Assembly (NCBI GenBank): GCA_963708025.1
Contig: CAVPSB010000012.1
Coordinates: forward strand, 1-64,000
Origin: an uncultured Candidatus Rokubacteria bacterium
Lineage (GTDB): Bacteria; Methylomirabilota; Methylomirabilia; Rokubacteriales; DASRDR01
Length of the DNA: 64,000 nucleotides
Reading direction: 5' to 3'
Shown: positions 49,867-60,272 of the stretch, piece by piece
Layout of the letters: every line of letters starts with the position of its first letter
Numbering within the stretch: position 1 is the first letter of the stretch
Translations under genes and position numbers: made by a program
Notes under the pieces: generated by a model
What the model was told of the DNA's origin: nothing
Seen by the model: the letters and a program-made list of their open reading frames with translations, nothing else
Database searches by the model: none

Positions 49867-51027
49867 TTGGACTTCCGGCTGACCGAGGAGCAGGAGGCCT
49901 TCCGCAAGGCCGTCGCCCGCTTCGTCGACACCGAGATCGTGCCCATCGCCGACCGGATCGACGAGGCCGGTGAGTTTCCCCGGGATCTCTTCCGGAAGCT
50001 CGGCGAGCAGGGCTACCTCGGCCTCCGCTACCCCGAGACCTACGGCGGCTCGTCCGCCGACATGGTCACCTACTGCCTGTTCGCCGAGGAGATGGCCCGG
50101 GGCTCCATGTCGCTGGCCGCGCTGGCCGCCATGCAGGGCCTGATGGGCACGTACTTCGTCTTCAAGTACGGGAGCGAGGAGCTGCGCCAGCGCTACCTGG
50201 TGCCGGCCCTCCGCGGCGAGAAGGTCGCCACCTTCGCCCTCACCGAGCCGAACGCCGGCTCCGACATCGGCAACATCACGACCTACGCCGAGCGGGCGGA
50301 GGGCGGCTGGCGCCTCACCGGCGCCAAGACCTGGGTCACCAACGCGCCGGTGGCCGACATGCTGACCGTCTGCGCCAAGACCTCGAAGGAGCGGGGCATG
50401 AAGCACATCGCCCTGTTCCTGGTGGACCGCGGGTTCCCCGGCGTCACGCTCGGCAAGAAGATCGACAAGCTCGGCGTCCGGGCCTCGGCGACCGGGGAGA
50501 TCCTCCTCGACGGCGTCTTCGTCCCCGACGGGCACCTGCTGGGCGGGGAGACGGGCGGGGTCGAGAAGGTCGGGACGATCCTGTCGGAGATCCGGATCAT
50601 GACCGGGGCGCTCTCGGTCGGCCTGGGCCGGGCCGCCTACGAGGCCGCGCTCCGCTACTCGAAGGAGCGGGTGACGTTCGGCAAGCCGATCGGCGAGCAC
50701 CAGGCCATCGCCTTCAAGCTGGCTGACATGCTGACCCAGCTCCACGCGGCGACGCTCCTCGTCTACCACGCGGCGTGGGCCGTCGACCAGGGGCTCCCGG
50801 TCACCCGCGAGGCGGCCATGACCAAGCTCTTCGCCTCCGAGGCGGCCAACCGGATCTGCGACGAGGCCTCCCGCGTGTTCGCCTCGTACTCGTTCGCCCG
50901 GGAATACCCGGTCGAGCGCTACTTCCGGGACGCCCGCTTCCTGCTGTGGGGTGGGGGCACCTCGGAGATTCTCCGCGTCATCATCAGCCGTGACCTCGAT
51001 CGCCCGCCGACCCTGGGGTCGGCCTGA
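49867..51027 (+). CDS. Acyl-CoA dehydrogenase
   Basis: ALTEPNAGSD, GAKTWVTN, RVTFGKPI and GGTSEI. Confidence 0.93.
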   Translation: MDFRLTEEQEAFRKAVARFVDTEIVPIADRIDEAGEFPRDLFRKLGEQGYLGLRYPETYGGSSADMVTYCLFAEEMARGSMSLAALAAMQGLMGTYFVFKYGSEELRQRYLVPALRGEKVATFALTEPNAGSDIGNITTYAERAEGGWRLTGAKTWVTNAPVADMLTVCAKTSKERGMKHIALFLVDRGFPGVTLGKKIDKLGVRASATGEILLDGVFVPDGHLLGGETGGVEKVGTILSEIRIMTGALSVGLGRAAYEAALRYSKERVTFGKPIGEHQAIAFKLADMLTQLHAATLLVYHAAWAVDQGLPVTREAAMTKLFASEAANRICDEASRVFASYSFAREYPVERYFRDARFLLWGGGTSEILRVIISRDLDRPPTLGSA

Positions 51028-51039
51028 GGAGGCAGCCGG

Positions 51040-51499
51040 ATGGCCTACACGCCGCGCGGTCGGTACTGGGACGACTTCAAGGAAGGGGAGACCTTCACCA
51101 CGGCGGCCCGCACGGTGACCGAGGGCGCCGTCGACCTCTTCGCCGGGCTGTCGGGCGACTTCAACCCGCTTCACACCGACGAGGAGCAGGCCCGCCAGAC
51201 CCCGATGAAAGGGCCGGATCGCCCACGGGATGCTGGTGCTGTCCGTGGCCACCGGCCTGGCCAACCAGCTCGGGCTCTTCGAGGGGACGACCCTCGCCCT
51301 GCTGGGGATGGACCGGATCAAGTGGACCGCGCCGGTCCGTCCCGGGGACACCGTCCACGTCGAGCTGACGATCCGCCAGAAGAAGGAGTCGTCGAAGCCC
51401 GACCGGGGGGTGCTGACGACCGAGGTGGGGGTCAGGAACCAGAGGGGCGAGGCGGTGATGACGGCCGAGTGGACCACGCTGATGGCCCGGAAGGCCTGA
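51040..51499 (+). CDS. MaoC-family dehydratase, frameshift near 51210
   Basis: FAGLSGDFNPLH followed by IAHGML and PVRPGDT in a shifted frame. Confidence 0.88.
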
Positions 51500-51513
51500 C
51501 GGGAGGGCGGACG

Positions 51514-52257
51514 ATGCCACTGGCCGGTCGGGTCGCGCTCGTCACCGGCGCCGGGAGCGGGATCGGGGAGGCGACGGCCCGACGGTTCGCCGCCGAGGGC
51601 GCGGTCGTGGTCGTGAACGACGTGGACGTGGACCGGGCCCGGGCTGTCGCCGACGCCATCCAGAAGGATGGCGGGAAGGCCTCGGCCGTCGGCGCCAACG
51701 TGACCCGGCGGGACGAGGTCGAGCGGATGGTGGCGGGCGTGGTGACCGAGCACGGTCGGCTCGACATCCTCATCAACAACGCCGGCATCAACCGGGACGC
51801 GATGAGCCACAAGATGACCGAGGAGCAGTGGGACCAGGTCCTGACGGTGAACCTGAAGGGCACCTTCCTCTGTGCCCAGGCCGCCCTGCCGAGGATGCGC
51901 GAGCGAGGCTGGGGACGGGTGGTCAACACCTCCTCGGTGGGCTCGCTCGGCAACATCGGCCAGGCCAACTACGCGGCCTCCAAGGCCGGCGTCATCGGGC
52001 TGACCAAGACCCTGGCCCTCGAGTACGCGAAGTACGGGATCACGGTGAACTGCATCGCGCCGGGCGCGGTGCTGACGCCGATGCTGGCCGGCGTGCCCGA
52101 TCCCATCAAGGAGAAGATCACCGCGCAGATCCCGGTGGGCCGCATCGCCGACCCCGCCGAGATCGCGGCGGTCCACGCCTTCCTGGCCTCGGACGAGGCC
52201 GCCTACATCACCGGCCAGGTTCTCTTCGTCGACGGCGGCATGTCGGTCGGCATCTGA
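51514..52257 (+). CDS. SDR oxidoreductase (FabG/PhaB-like)
   Basis: TGAGSGIG, NNAGINRD and GNIGQANYAASKAG. Confidence 0.92.
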   Translation: MPLAGRVALVTGAGSGIGEATARRFAAEGAVVVVNDVDVDRARAVADAIQKDGGKASAVGANVTRRDEVERMVAGVVTEHGRLDILINNAGINRDAMSHKMTEEQWDQVLTVNLKGTFLCAQAALPRMRERGWGRVVNTSSVGSLGNIGQANYAASKAGVIGLTKTLALEYAKYGITVNCIAPGAVLTPMLAGVPDPIKEKITAQIPVGRIADPAEIAAVHAFLASDEAAYITGQVLFVDGGMSVGI

Positions 52258-52282
52258 TAAGGCTGAGACGGGGGAGGGCAGA

Positions 52283-52508
52283 ATGAAGTGTTTCTGTCAG
52301 CGGGTGCTCCGGAGCCTACGAAGGGAAGAAGATCGTTCACACCGTTCGGCGGACCGGGCAAGTGATTGTCATTGACGGGGTTCCGGCCGAGGTCTGTTCG
52401 GTGTGCGGGGACGTTCTCCTGAAGCCGGACACCGTGCGACGAATCGAGGCGATCCTGCGTGAGGCCGGCACGCCTCAGCGAACGGCGCCCGTGTACGAGT
52501 ATGCATGA
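52283..52508 (+). CDS. YgiT-type zinc-finger protein (MqsA-like Zn ribbon), 1-nt indel after codon 3
   Basis: Not in the ORF track. Reads MKC/SVSGCSGAYEGKKIVHTVRRTGQVIVIDGVPAEVCSVCGDVLLKPDTVRRIEAIL...VYEYA*. Confidence 0.8.
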
Positions 52509-52616
52509 GGAGATTCTGCTTGAGCCGCGCCCAGGGGCCCAGGCCTTACAATGGCATCGGTGTCGCTGTCGGTGGCCGGCGGGCGATGAAATGTCGAGAA
52601 TGAAAGGCCTGACCCC

Positions 52617-53786
52617 ATGCGTAAGGTAGCGCTGGTCGGCGCGGGTGTGTCGAAGTTCGGGGTGCGGAAGGCGACGTACCGGGACCTGATCTGGGAGGCG
52701 GGCAAGGCCTGCTTCGACTCGCTGCCGGCGCTCCGCCCGGCGGACCTGGAGGGGCTGGTGGTCGGCTCGGTGATGCCGGAGCGGACGGTCTTCCAGAGCC
52801 ACATCTCGTCGCTGGCGGCCGAGGCGCTCGGGATCAAGCCGAGCCGCCTGTCGGCCCGCACCGAGCACATGTGCGCCTCGGGCACCGTCGGCATCCGCTA
52901 CGCCTACGCCTTCATCGCGGCGGGCCTGGCCGACCTCGTCATGGTCCTGGGAGTCGAGAAGCTGAACGTGCCGGCCGGCGAGGAGGCGCTCCTCAACATG
53001 GGCACCGGCGTGGACCGCGAGTGGGAAGCCGCCCACGGGCTCACGGCGCCGCCGGTCTTCGCCCTGGCCGCCCAGGCCCACATGGCGAAGTACGGGACGA
53101 CCGAGGAGCAGCTCGCGATGGTGAGCGTGAAGAACCACAACCACGCCGCCCGGAATCCCAACGCTCACTTCCAGAAGGGCGCCACGCTCGAGCAGGTCCT
53201 GTGCTCGCGGATGATCTCGACGCCGTTCCGGCTCTTCATGTGCTCGCCGATCACCGACGGGGCGGCCGCCGTGATCCTGGCCAGCGAGGAGCGGGCGCGC
53301 GATCTGACCGACCGACCCGTGTGGCTCCGGGGAACCGGCCAGGCGCTGGACGGCTTCATGCTGTCGTCGCTCCATCCCGACTACGCCCACTGGCCGGCCC
53401 TGAAGCGGGCCGGCGAGGACGCCTACCGGATGGCCGGCGTCACGCCGGCTGACGTGGACGTGGCCGAGGTCCACGACTGCTTCTCGATTGCCGAGATCAT
53501 CGCCTACGAGGAGCTGGGCTTCTGCGCCAAGGGGGAGGGCGGCGCCTTCGTCGAGAAGGGGCTCTCCGACTACGGCGGCCAGGTCGTGGTGAACCCGCGC
53601 GGCGGGCTGATCGGCTGCGGCCATCCGCTCGGGGCGACGGGGATCGCCCAGGCGGCCGAGGTCTTCTGGCAGCTCCGGGGCGAGGCCGGCGCTCGCCAGG
53701 TTCCGGACGCGCGGATCGGGCTCACCCACAACAACTCGGGCATGGGCGAGCACGTCGTGGTCGTGTACGGGAGCGAGGCCGCATGA
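52617..53786 (+). CDS. Thiolase (SCP2-thiolase/type II-like)
   Basis: EHMCASG, CSPITDGAAA, EVHDCF and GHPLGATG. Confidence 0.93.
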   Translation: MRKVALVGAGVSKFGVRKATYRDLIWEAGKACFDSLPALRPADLEGLVVGSVMPERTVFQSHISSLAAEALGIKPSRLSARTEHMCASGTVGIRYAYAFIAAGLADLVMVLGVEKLNVPAGEEALLNMGTGVDREWEAAHGLTAPPVFALAAQAHMAKYGTTEEQLAMVSVKNHNHAARNPNAHFQKGATLEQVLCSRMISTPFRLFMCSPITDGAAAVILASEERARDLTDRPVWLRGTGQALDGFMLSSLHPDYAHWPALKRAGEDAYRMAGVTPADVDVAEVHDCFSIAEIIAYEELGFCAKGEGGAFVEKGLSDYGGQVVVNPRGGLIGCGHPLGATGIAQAAEVFWQLRGEAGARQVPDARIGLTHNNSGMGEHVVVVYGSEAA

Positions 53787-54301
53787 GAGCGCTCTATCAC
53801 CCGCGGCTGCCGCCCGGCGGGCGCCTGTGGGGGGCGAGCCGCCCCGGCTATCCGGCCACGCCGGCGACCCCGCAGCAGATCGAGGCGACGGTGCGGGATT
53901 GGGCGGGGGCCGGCGTCGACGCGGTGGTGACCCTGATGGAGGAGACCGAGATCGTCCGGATCTGTCCGGGCTTCCTCCAGTCGCTCGACCGGCATGGCCT
54001 CGAGTCGCTCCGCTTCCCGATCCCCGACTTCGGCGCGCCGGCCCCGGCCGAGGCGGAGGACTTCTGCGTCTTCGTGGCCGACGCGCGCGTGAGGCTCGCC
54101 CGCGGCCAGGCGCTCCTCGCCCACTGCAACGCCGGCCTCGGGCGCACGGCCGTCTTCCTGGCCTCCCTCCTCAAGGGCTGCGGCCATCCCGGTGACCCGG
54201 TGGAGGAGATCCGGCGGATCTACGAGCCCGACGCCATGCGCGGGGACGTCCAGGAGGCGTTCGTCCGGGGTCTGCTGTTCCGGTCCGACGGAAGCCCATG
54301 A
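53783..54301 (+). CDS. Cys-based protein-tyrosine/dual-specificity phosphatase
   Basis: FPIPDF and HCNAGLGRT (CX5R). Confidence 0.88.
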   Translation: MRALYHPRLPPGGRLWGASRPGYPATPATPQQIEATVRDWAGAGVDAVVTLMEETEIVRICPGFLQSLDRHGLESLRFPIPDFGAPAPAEAEDFCVFVADARVRLARGQALLAHCNAGLGRTAVFLASLLKGCGHPGDPVEEIRRIYEPDAMRGDVQEAFVRGLLFRSDGSP

Positions 54302-54358
54302 GGCGCCCATGACGATCGACTGGAGCCGTCCGGTCGGCCGGGAGGGGCCGATCCTCTC

Positions 54359-54829
54359 ATGAGTCAGCCGGAGAAGGCGGTGGCACCGGTCTACCTTCGG
54401 GTGGTCGACGCCTTCCCGCTCGAGTCCGCCGACTTCAACAAGCTCCACGAGTTCTACTCGTTCCTGGCCGCCGAGCGGCTCACCACGACCCGCTGCCGGG
54501 GCTGCGGGCGGATCGACTGGCCGCCCCGGGGCTTCTGTCCCGCGTGCACGAGCGACGCGTACGAGTGGATCGACCTCCCCCACCAGGGGCGGCTCCACGG
54601 CTTCACGGTGCAGGAGACCGGCGTCCCCGCGGGGTATCCGCGCCCGCTGGTCTTCGCGATCGTGGAGGTGGCGGGTCTCCGGATCTTCGCCCCGCTGCTG
54701 GAGGTGCCCGATCCGGCGCGGCTCGCCGTCGGCATGCCGGTGCGCTTCACCCGGGTGCGGGTGGCCGACGACCCAGCCGGGAAGCCGCGCTATCTGCCGG
54801 CGTTCACCCTGGCCGAAGCGGGTCCATGA
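54359..54829 (+). CDS. DUF35 Zn-ribbon/OB-fold acyl-CoA-binding protein
   Basis: [16 protein letters not shown] and VGMPV. Confidence 0.9.
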   Translation: MSQPEKAVAPVYLRVVDAFPLESADFNKLHEFYSFLAAERLTTTRCRGCGRIDWPPRGFCPACTSDAYEWIDLPHQGRLHGFTVQETGVPAGYPRPLVFAIVEVAGLRIFAPLLEVPDPARLAVGMPVRFTRVRVADDPAGKPRYLPAFTLAEAGP

Positions 54830-54888
54830 TCGGGCTCGGGCCGATACCCGTCGCAACCTTCATCTCGGCCGTGACGCGCTCGGCCTGC

Positions 54889-55043
54889 GTCGATCGGACG
54901 GCCTTCGGCCTGGGGGCGGACGTCCCGGCCTATGGTCGTCGTTCGGACGGCCTTCGGCCTTTGGGGTCGTCGCCGATCCTCGGCGTACTCGGAGTACGCC
55001 TGCGGTCGGCGACTCCCTGCGTCGTTCGGACGGCCTTCGGCCT
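54889..55043 (+). repeat. Three direct copies of GTCGWTCGGACGGCCTTCGGCCT
   Basis: Copies at 54889, 54938 and 55021. Confidence 0.85.
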
Positions 55044-55115
55044 GCGGGGGCTGCTCGGGTCTCGGCCCGGCACCACGGTCACCGTGCCGGACGTCTCTTG
55101 GGCCACGGCAGGGCC

Positions 55116-55520
55116 ATGAGTGATCGGCCGCTCCGCGTCCTCGTCGCCAAGCCCGGCCTCGACGGCCACGACCGGGGCGCGAAGGTCGTTGCCCACGGGC
55201 TCCGCGACGCCGGCTTCGAGGTGATCTACTCGGGGCTCAAGCGCACCGCCGAGGAGATCGTGGCCGAGGCGGTCCAGGAGGACGTGGACGTGATCGGGCT
55301 ATCGATCCTGTCCGGGGCGCACCTCACGCTCTCGCGCAAGGTCCTCGACCGGCTGCGGGAGGCGGGGGCCGACGACGTGGCCCTGGTGGTTGGGGGCACG
55401 ATCCCGGCCCGGGACGCCGAGGCGCTGGTGGACCTGGGGGTGCGGCGCGTGTTCCCGATGGGGACGCCGCTGCCCGACATCGTGGACTTCTTCAAATCCA
55501 TCGAGCGAGGGGCGAACTGA
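55116..55520 (+). CDS. Cobalamin-binding small subunit of an acyl-CoA mutase
   Basis: [19 protein letters not shown] and VGGTIP. Confidence 0.93.
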   Translation: MSDRPLRVLVAKPGLDGHDRGAKVVAHGLRDAGFEVIYSGLKRTAEEIVAEAVQEDVDVIGLSILSGAHLTLSRKVLDRLREAGADDVALVVGGTIPARDAEALVDLGVRRVFPMGTPLPDIVDFFKSIERGAN

Positions 55521-55548
55521 GAGCGTGTGACTGAATCGCTCGCTTTCA

Positions 55549-55606
55549 CACCCCCTCCCCCCAGTGGGTGGGGGAGGGGGCTGGGGGTGGGCGGGAGGTC
55601 CCGAAC
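55549..55606 (+). repeat. Copy of the C/G-rich palindromic element supplying the mutase SD
   Basis: ...GGGTGGGCGGGAGGTCCCGAAC-G-ATG. Confidence 0.85.
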
Positions 55607-55607
55607 G

Positions 55608-57242
55608 ATGGCGGACCAGCCGGCGAAGCGAAGCGAGCCGAAGCTCCGGGACGCGACCTATCTGGACGGGATCTCGATCAAGCCCGTCTACGGGCCGGCC
55701 GACCTGGCCGGCTTCGACCACGCGCGGGAGCTGGGCGAGCCCGGCCAGTACCCGTTCACGCGTGGGATCCACCCCCAGATGTACCGGGCGCGGACCTGGA
55801 CCATGCGGCAGTACATCGGGTTCGGGACCCCCACCGAGACGAACGCCCGCTTCAAGTACCTCATGGCCCACGGCCAGGATGCCCTGAACGTCGCCTTCGA
55901 CCTCCCGACCCAGCTCGGGCTCGACTCGGACGACCCCCGGGCCGAGGGGGAGGTCGGCCGGGTCGGCATGGCCGTCGACTCGCTCGTGGACATGGAGGAG
56001 GCCTTCGCCGGCATCCCGGCCGACCGGGTCTCCATCTCGTTCACCATCAACTCGATGGCCGCCTTCATCCAGGCGATGTTCCTGGTCGTGGCCGAGAAGC
56101 AGGGCGTCGGGTGGGACCGGGTGGTGACGACGCCCCAGAACGACATCCTCAAGGAGTTCGTCGCCCGGGGCACCTGGGTCTTCCCGGTGGATCCCTCGCT
56201 CCGCCTCGTCTGCGACATCGCCGAGTTCTGTGCCCGCCAGGCGCCCCGGGTGAACCCGATCTCGGTCTGCGGCTACCACATCCGCGAGGCCGGCTGCACG
56301 CCGGCCCAGGAGATGGCCTACGGGCTGGCCATCGTGGCCGCCTACACCGAGCTCCTGATCCGGCGCGGCCTCAGCGTGGACGACTTCGCCCCCCGGCTGT
56401 CCTTCAACTTCACCTGCTGGGGCCGGCTCTTCGAGGAGGTCGCGAAGTTCCGCGCCGGGCGCCGGCTCTACGCCCGGATGATGAAGGAGCGGTTCGGCGC
56501 GACGAACCCGAAGTCGATGATGTTCCGATCGCTGATCGGGGGCGGGGGCTCGGGGTTCACCGTGCAGGAGCCGGAGAACAACATCGTCCGCGGCGCCTAC
56601 TACGCGCTGGCGGCCGCCCTCTCCGGCGCCCAGACGATGGCCTTGCCCACCTACGACGAGGCCTACACGATCCCGTCGCCCAAGGCCCAGCTCCTGGCGC
56701 TCCGCACCATGCAGATCTGTGCCGAGGAGACGGGCGTCGCCGACACGGTGGACCCGCTGGCCGGCTCGTACTTCGTCGAGACGCTGACCAGCGAGATGGA
56801 GGCGAAGATCCGGGAGGAGATGGCCCGCGTGGACGGCATGGGCGGCATGATCGAGGCGGTGAAGTCGGGGGCCATCCAGGCCGAGGTGGCGCGGCAGGCC
56901 TACCGCTTCGAGCAGATGATGCTCTCCGGCGAGTACCCGAAGGTCGCCGTCAACCGCCACGTGGCCCCGGACGCCGAGCGGGAGGCGTCCCAGGCCCTCG
57001 AGCTGTACGGCTTCGATCCGAAGGCGGCGGAGGCCCAGGCGGCCAAGCTCGCGCGGCTGCGCCGGGACCGGGACCGGGCGGCGGTCGAGCGGACGCTGGG
57101 CCGGCTCCGCGAGGCGACGCGAGGGACCGACAACCTCATGCCCCCCATCATCGAGGCGGTCCGGGCCTACGCCACGCTCGGCGAGATGGCGGGCGTGCTC
57201 CGCGAAGTGTGGGGCGAGCACAAGGAGCCGCTGGTCTTCTGA
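55608..57242 (+). CDS. Methylmalonyl-CoA mutase family large subunit, atypical
   Basis: PGQYPFTRG, WTMRQYIGFG, AFDLPTQLG, QNDILKE, GYHIREAG and DPLAGSY. Confidence 0.92.
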   Translation: MADQPAKRSEPKLRDATYLDGISIKPVYGPADLAGFDHARELGEPGQYPFTRGIHPQMYRARTWTMRQYIGFGTPTETNARFKYLMAHGQDALNVAFDLPTQLGLDSDDPRAEGEVGRVGMAVDSLVDMEEAFAGIPADRVSISFTINSMAAFIQAMFLVVAEKQGVGWDRVVTTPQNDILKEFVARGTWVFPVDPSLRLVCDIAEFCARQAPRVNPISVCGYHIREAGCTPAQEMAYGLAIVAAYTELLIRRGLSVDDFAPRLSFNFTCWGRLFEEVAKFRAGRRLYARMMKERFGATNPKSMMFRSLIGGGGSGFTVQEPENNIVRGAYYALAAALSGAQTMALPTYDEAYTIPSPKAQLLALRTMQICAEETGVADTVDPLAGSYFVETLTSEMEAKIREEMARVDGMGGMIEAVKSGAIQAEVARQAYRFEQMMLSGEYPKVAVNRHVAPDAEREASQALELYGFDPKAAEAQAAKLARLRRDRDRAAVERTLGRLREATRGTDNLMPPIIEAVRAYATLGEMAGVLREVWGEHKEPLVF

Positions 57243-57306
57243 CGGCCATGCCGTGTCGATCCCGGCAAGAGTTGAATCCGCTGGTAAGACGGGGTAGTCT
57301 TACGCC

Positions 57307-57603
57307 ATGCGGAGACGCCTGTCAGTCGTGCGTGTGAGTTCCAAGGGGCAGATCGTGATCCCCGCTCCGATTAGGCGCAAGCTCGGATTTCGGACCGGTC
57401 AGCCCCTCGCGGTGCGGACCGGGAACGGCCGCGAAGTCGTGTTCGTTCCGATCGAAGAACATGCCGGAGACGTGCAAGCGATGCTCGGACGGATCCGTGC
57501 CGCGGCGGCGAAGTCTCGACGGGATCCCGTAGAAGAGCTGCATCGGCGCCGCCGAGCAGAGCGCGAGCGGGAGAACAAGACCGCTGAACGTTGGCGTAAT
57601 TGA
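57307..57603 (+). CDS. AbrB/MazE/SpoVT-family antitoxin
   Basis: VSSKGQIVIPAPIRRKLG. Confidence 0.9.
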   Translation: MRRRLSVVRVSSKGQIVIPAPIRRKLGFRTGQPLAVRTGNGREVVFVPIEEHAGDVQAMLGRIRAAAAKSRRDPVEELHRRRRAERERENKTAERWRN

Positions 57604-57976
57604 CGCCGGTATCGCGATTGGCTGGATGCACGGCCGCCATCGGTCGCTCCCCAAGCTCAATCATCTCTTCGCGGAGTCTCGCGGTGGAAAGATCGCGCTC
57701 GTCATCTCCGTCGTCAACCTGGCTGAGGTACTGCTCCACACGGCGGAGTTCGCTCGTTCGAGCGGGGTCGATCCGGTCGCTCTTCTGAAAGCCAGCGGCG
57801 TGCGATTTCACTCACCGGACGAGACCGTGGCCCGCCGTGTCGTCAAGTTTCGCACCTCACTCGCGGACGCGTTTGCTGCCGCCACCGCTCAGGAGCTGGG
57901 GGCCCGGCTGCACACCACCGACATGGAACTGGTCCGGCAAATCGCCGGGACCCGCCTGTCGGTGACGCACTACTGA
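57584..57976 (+). CDS. vapC: PIN-domain VapC toxin; start uncertain
   Basis: The frame extends upstream to VGVIDAG; SVVNLAEV, SLADAFAAATA and TTD. Confidence 0.85.
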   Translation: MNVGVIDAGIAIGWMHGRHRSLPKLNHLFAESRGGKIALVISVVNLAEVLLHTAEFARSSGVDPVALLKASGVRFHSPDETVARRVVKFRTSLADAFAAATAQELGARLHTTDMELVRQIAGTRLSVTHY

Positions 57977-57990
57977 TCGGGCAGGGAGGC

Positions 57991-58770
57991 GTGACGCACC
58001 TCGCGGGGGCGGACGGGCGCCAGGCGGATCGAGACGGTGCGCCCTACGCCTCGCTGGCGCCGTACTTCGCCCGGCTCTTCGAGCCCCACGGCATCCGTAG
58101 CTGGTTCAACCGGGCGCGGACGCTGGTGGCCGCGGCCGGCGTCACCGGAGGCCGTCACCTCGACGTGGGGGCCGGCACCTGTCGCTACAGCCGCTACTGG
58201 ACCCGGGCGGGGTTCCAGTCGGTGTGCCTGGACTTGCTCCACGAGATGCTCTCGCGCGCCCGGCTCGATGGCACCGAGGGACGCCTGCGCCGCGTGTGCG
58301 GGACCATCGAGTGCCTGCGCCCGAGCGGGGCCTTCGACCTGGCGACCGCCATCGACGACGTCGCGGCCTACGTGGGGGCGCAACCGGGCGGCCTGGAGCG
58401 CTTCCTGCCCGAGCTGCGCGAGCGGCTCCGTCCCGGCGGTGTGTTCCTCTTCGACTTCATCACGCCGGACGGCCGCCAGCGCTACACATTCCGGAACTCC
58501 CGGCGAGTCGGCGCCGCCCGGATCACCGCCGACAGCCGCGGCCGCTTCGACGAGCAGGGCCGCCTGCTCCGCGTGGACCTCACCCTCACCGCACCCGACC
58601 ACGTCGCCCACGAGCGCCATGTGCTGCGGCTGTACACGACCGAGGAGATGGAAGCCCTCCTCCGCGGCGCGGGCTTCGAAGTGCTTGCGCTGACCGACCT
58701 CTACGACGGGGACGGCGTCGGCTACCGCGCGAACCAACCGTCCTACGACGTCCTGGCTCGGAGGCTGTGA
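57991..58770 (+). CDS. Class I SAM-dependent methyltransferase
   Basis: HLDVGAGT and LRPGGVFLFD. Confidence 0.85.
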   Translation: MTHLAGADGRQADRDGAPYASLAPYFARLFEPHGIRSWFNRARTLVAAAGVTGGRHLDVGAGTCRYSRYWTRAGFQSVCLDLLHEMLSRARLDGTEGRLRRVCGTIECLRPSGAFDLATAIDDVAAYVGAQPGGLERFLPELRERLRPGGVFLFDFITPDGRQRYTFRNSRRVGAARITADSRGRFDEQGRLLRVDLTLTAPDHVAHERHVLRLYTTEEMEALLRGAGFEVLALTDLYDGDGVGYRANQPSYDVLARRL

Positions 58771-58772
58771 TC

Positions 58773-59075
58773 ATGAGCACGTGGGCTCCCGACCTGAAGC
58801 GCGAGGGCCAGATCACCCGGAGGAACCTCTTCGAGAACGACACCCTGAAGGTGGACGAGGTCGTGTTCACGCCGGGCGCCTCGCCGGGCGTCCACAGCCA
58901 CGACGTGGCAGGTGTCCGCTACGTGCTGGAAGGGGAGATCCTTTTCCAGGAGGCCGACGGCCGCCGCTGGAGCAAGAAGACCGGCGACGTCTACTGGGAG
59001 GGCAAGGGCGTCACGCACTACACCAAGAATGTCGGCGGCGGCCGGCTGGTCCTGCTCGAGGTGCTGCTGAAGTGA
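58773..59075 (+). CDS. Cupin-domain protein
   Basis: PGASPGVHSH...YVLEG...GDVYW...H..KN. Confidence 0.85.
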   Translation: MSTWAPDLKREGQITRRNLFENDTLKVDEVVFTPGASPGVHSHDVAGVRYVLEGEILFQEADGRRWSKKTGDVYWEGKGVTHYTKNVGGGRLVLLEVLLK

Positions 59076-60263
59076 GCCTCTTCGAGGGCGTGCGCGTCCT
59101 CGACCTCTCCCGCATGCTGGCCGGGCCCTACGGCTCGATGCTGCTGGCCGATCTCGGGGCCGAGGTGATCAAGATCGAGGACCCGCGGGGCGGGGATCCC
59201 ATGCGCGTCATGGGACCGCCGTTCCTGGATGGCGAGAGCGCCTACTTCCTCTCGATCAACCGCAACAAGAAGAGCGTGGCGCTCGACCTGGAGCGGCCGG
59301 AGGGGCGCGAGGTCTTCCTGGACCTCTGCCGGGTGGCCGACGTGGTGTGGGAGAACTTCCGGCCGGGCGTGATGGCGCGCCTCGGCTGCGCCCCCGAGGC
59401 GCTGCGGGCGCCTCAATCCGCGGCTCGTCGTCTGCTCGATCTCGGCGTTCGGCCAGACCGGGCCCTACCGCGACTGGCCGGCGTTCGACCTGGCCCTCCA
59501 GGCGATGGGCGGGGCCATGAGCATCACCGGGGAGGAGGGCCGCCCGCCGGTGCGGATGGGCCTGCCGATGGGGGACCTGGCCGGTGGGATGTTCGGCGCC
59601 CTGGCCGTGGCCGGCGCGCTCTTCCGCCGGACCCAGACCGGCGAGGGCGCACACTTCGACCTCTCGCTCCTCGACTGTCAGGTCTCCCTGCTCACCTACG
59701 TCGCCCAGTACTTCTGGGCGGACGGTCGGGTTCCTGGGCCCGTCGGCTCCGGGCACGCCTCGGTCGTCCCCTACCAGGCGTTCGAGACGCGGGACGGCTT
59801 CCTGATCGTTGCCGTCTTCGCCGAGAAGTTCTGGAGCGGCTTCTGCCGGGCGCTGGAGCGCCCCGATCTCGCCGCGGACGGGCGGTTCGACACCAACGGC
59901 AAGCGCGTCGCTGCCCGGGCCGAGCTGGTCCCGATCCTGGAGGCCATCTTCCACGACCGGCCGACGGCGGAGTGGCTCGAGCGGCTCCACGCCGCCGGGG
60001 TGCCGGCGGCGCCGATCCAGCGCGTGGACGAGGTCCTGCGTGATCCCCAGGTGCTGCTCCGCGAGATGGTCGTCGATCTCGAGCACCCGAAGCTCGGCAC
60101 CGTGAAGACCCTCGGCACCCCGGTCCGGCCGGCCGGCGCCACCGCCCTCCGCCCGGCCCCCCCGGCGGTGCTCGGCGAGCACACCGAAGCGGTCCTCCGT
60201 GACCTCCTCGGCTACCCGGCCGACCGCGTCGAGGCCCTGCGGCGGAGCGGGGCGATCGGGTAG
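59072..60263 (+). CDS. Class III CoA transferase (CaiB/BaiF), frameshift near 59410
   Basis: GVRVLDLSRMLAGPY, NRNKKS, ENFRPG and LGEHT. Confidence 0.9.
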
Positions 60264-60272
60264 ACTCTGAGC

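Noticed and set aside
51040-52257. Apparent MaoC-SDR fusion (405 aa)
   Set aside because: Produced by the indel near 51210; MaoC has its own stop at 51499 and the SDR its own SD and ATG at 51514
54889-55043. Three palindromic 23-nt direct repeats resembling a mini CRISPR array
   Set aside because: Spacers are unequal (26 and 60 nt), there are no cas genes or leader, and the same motif is dispersed singly elsewhere in both orientations
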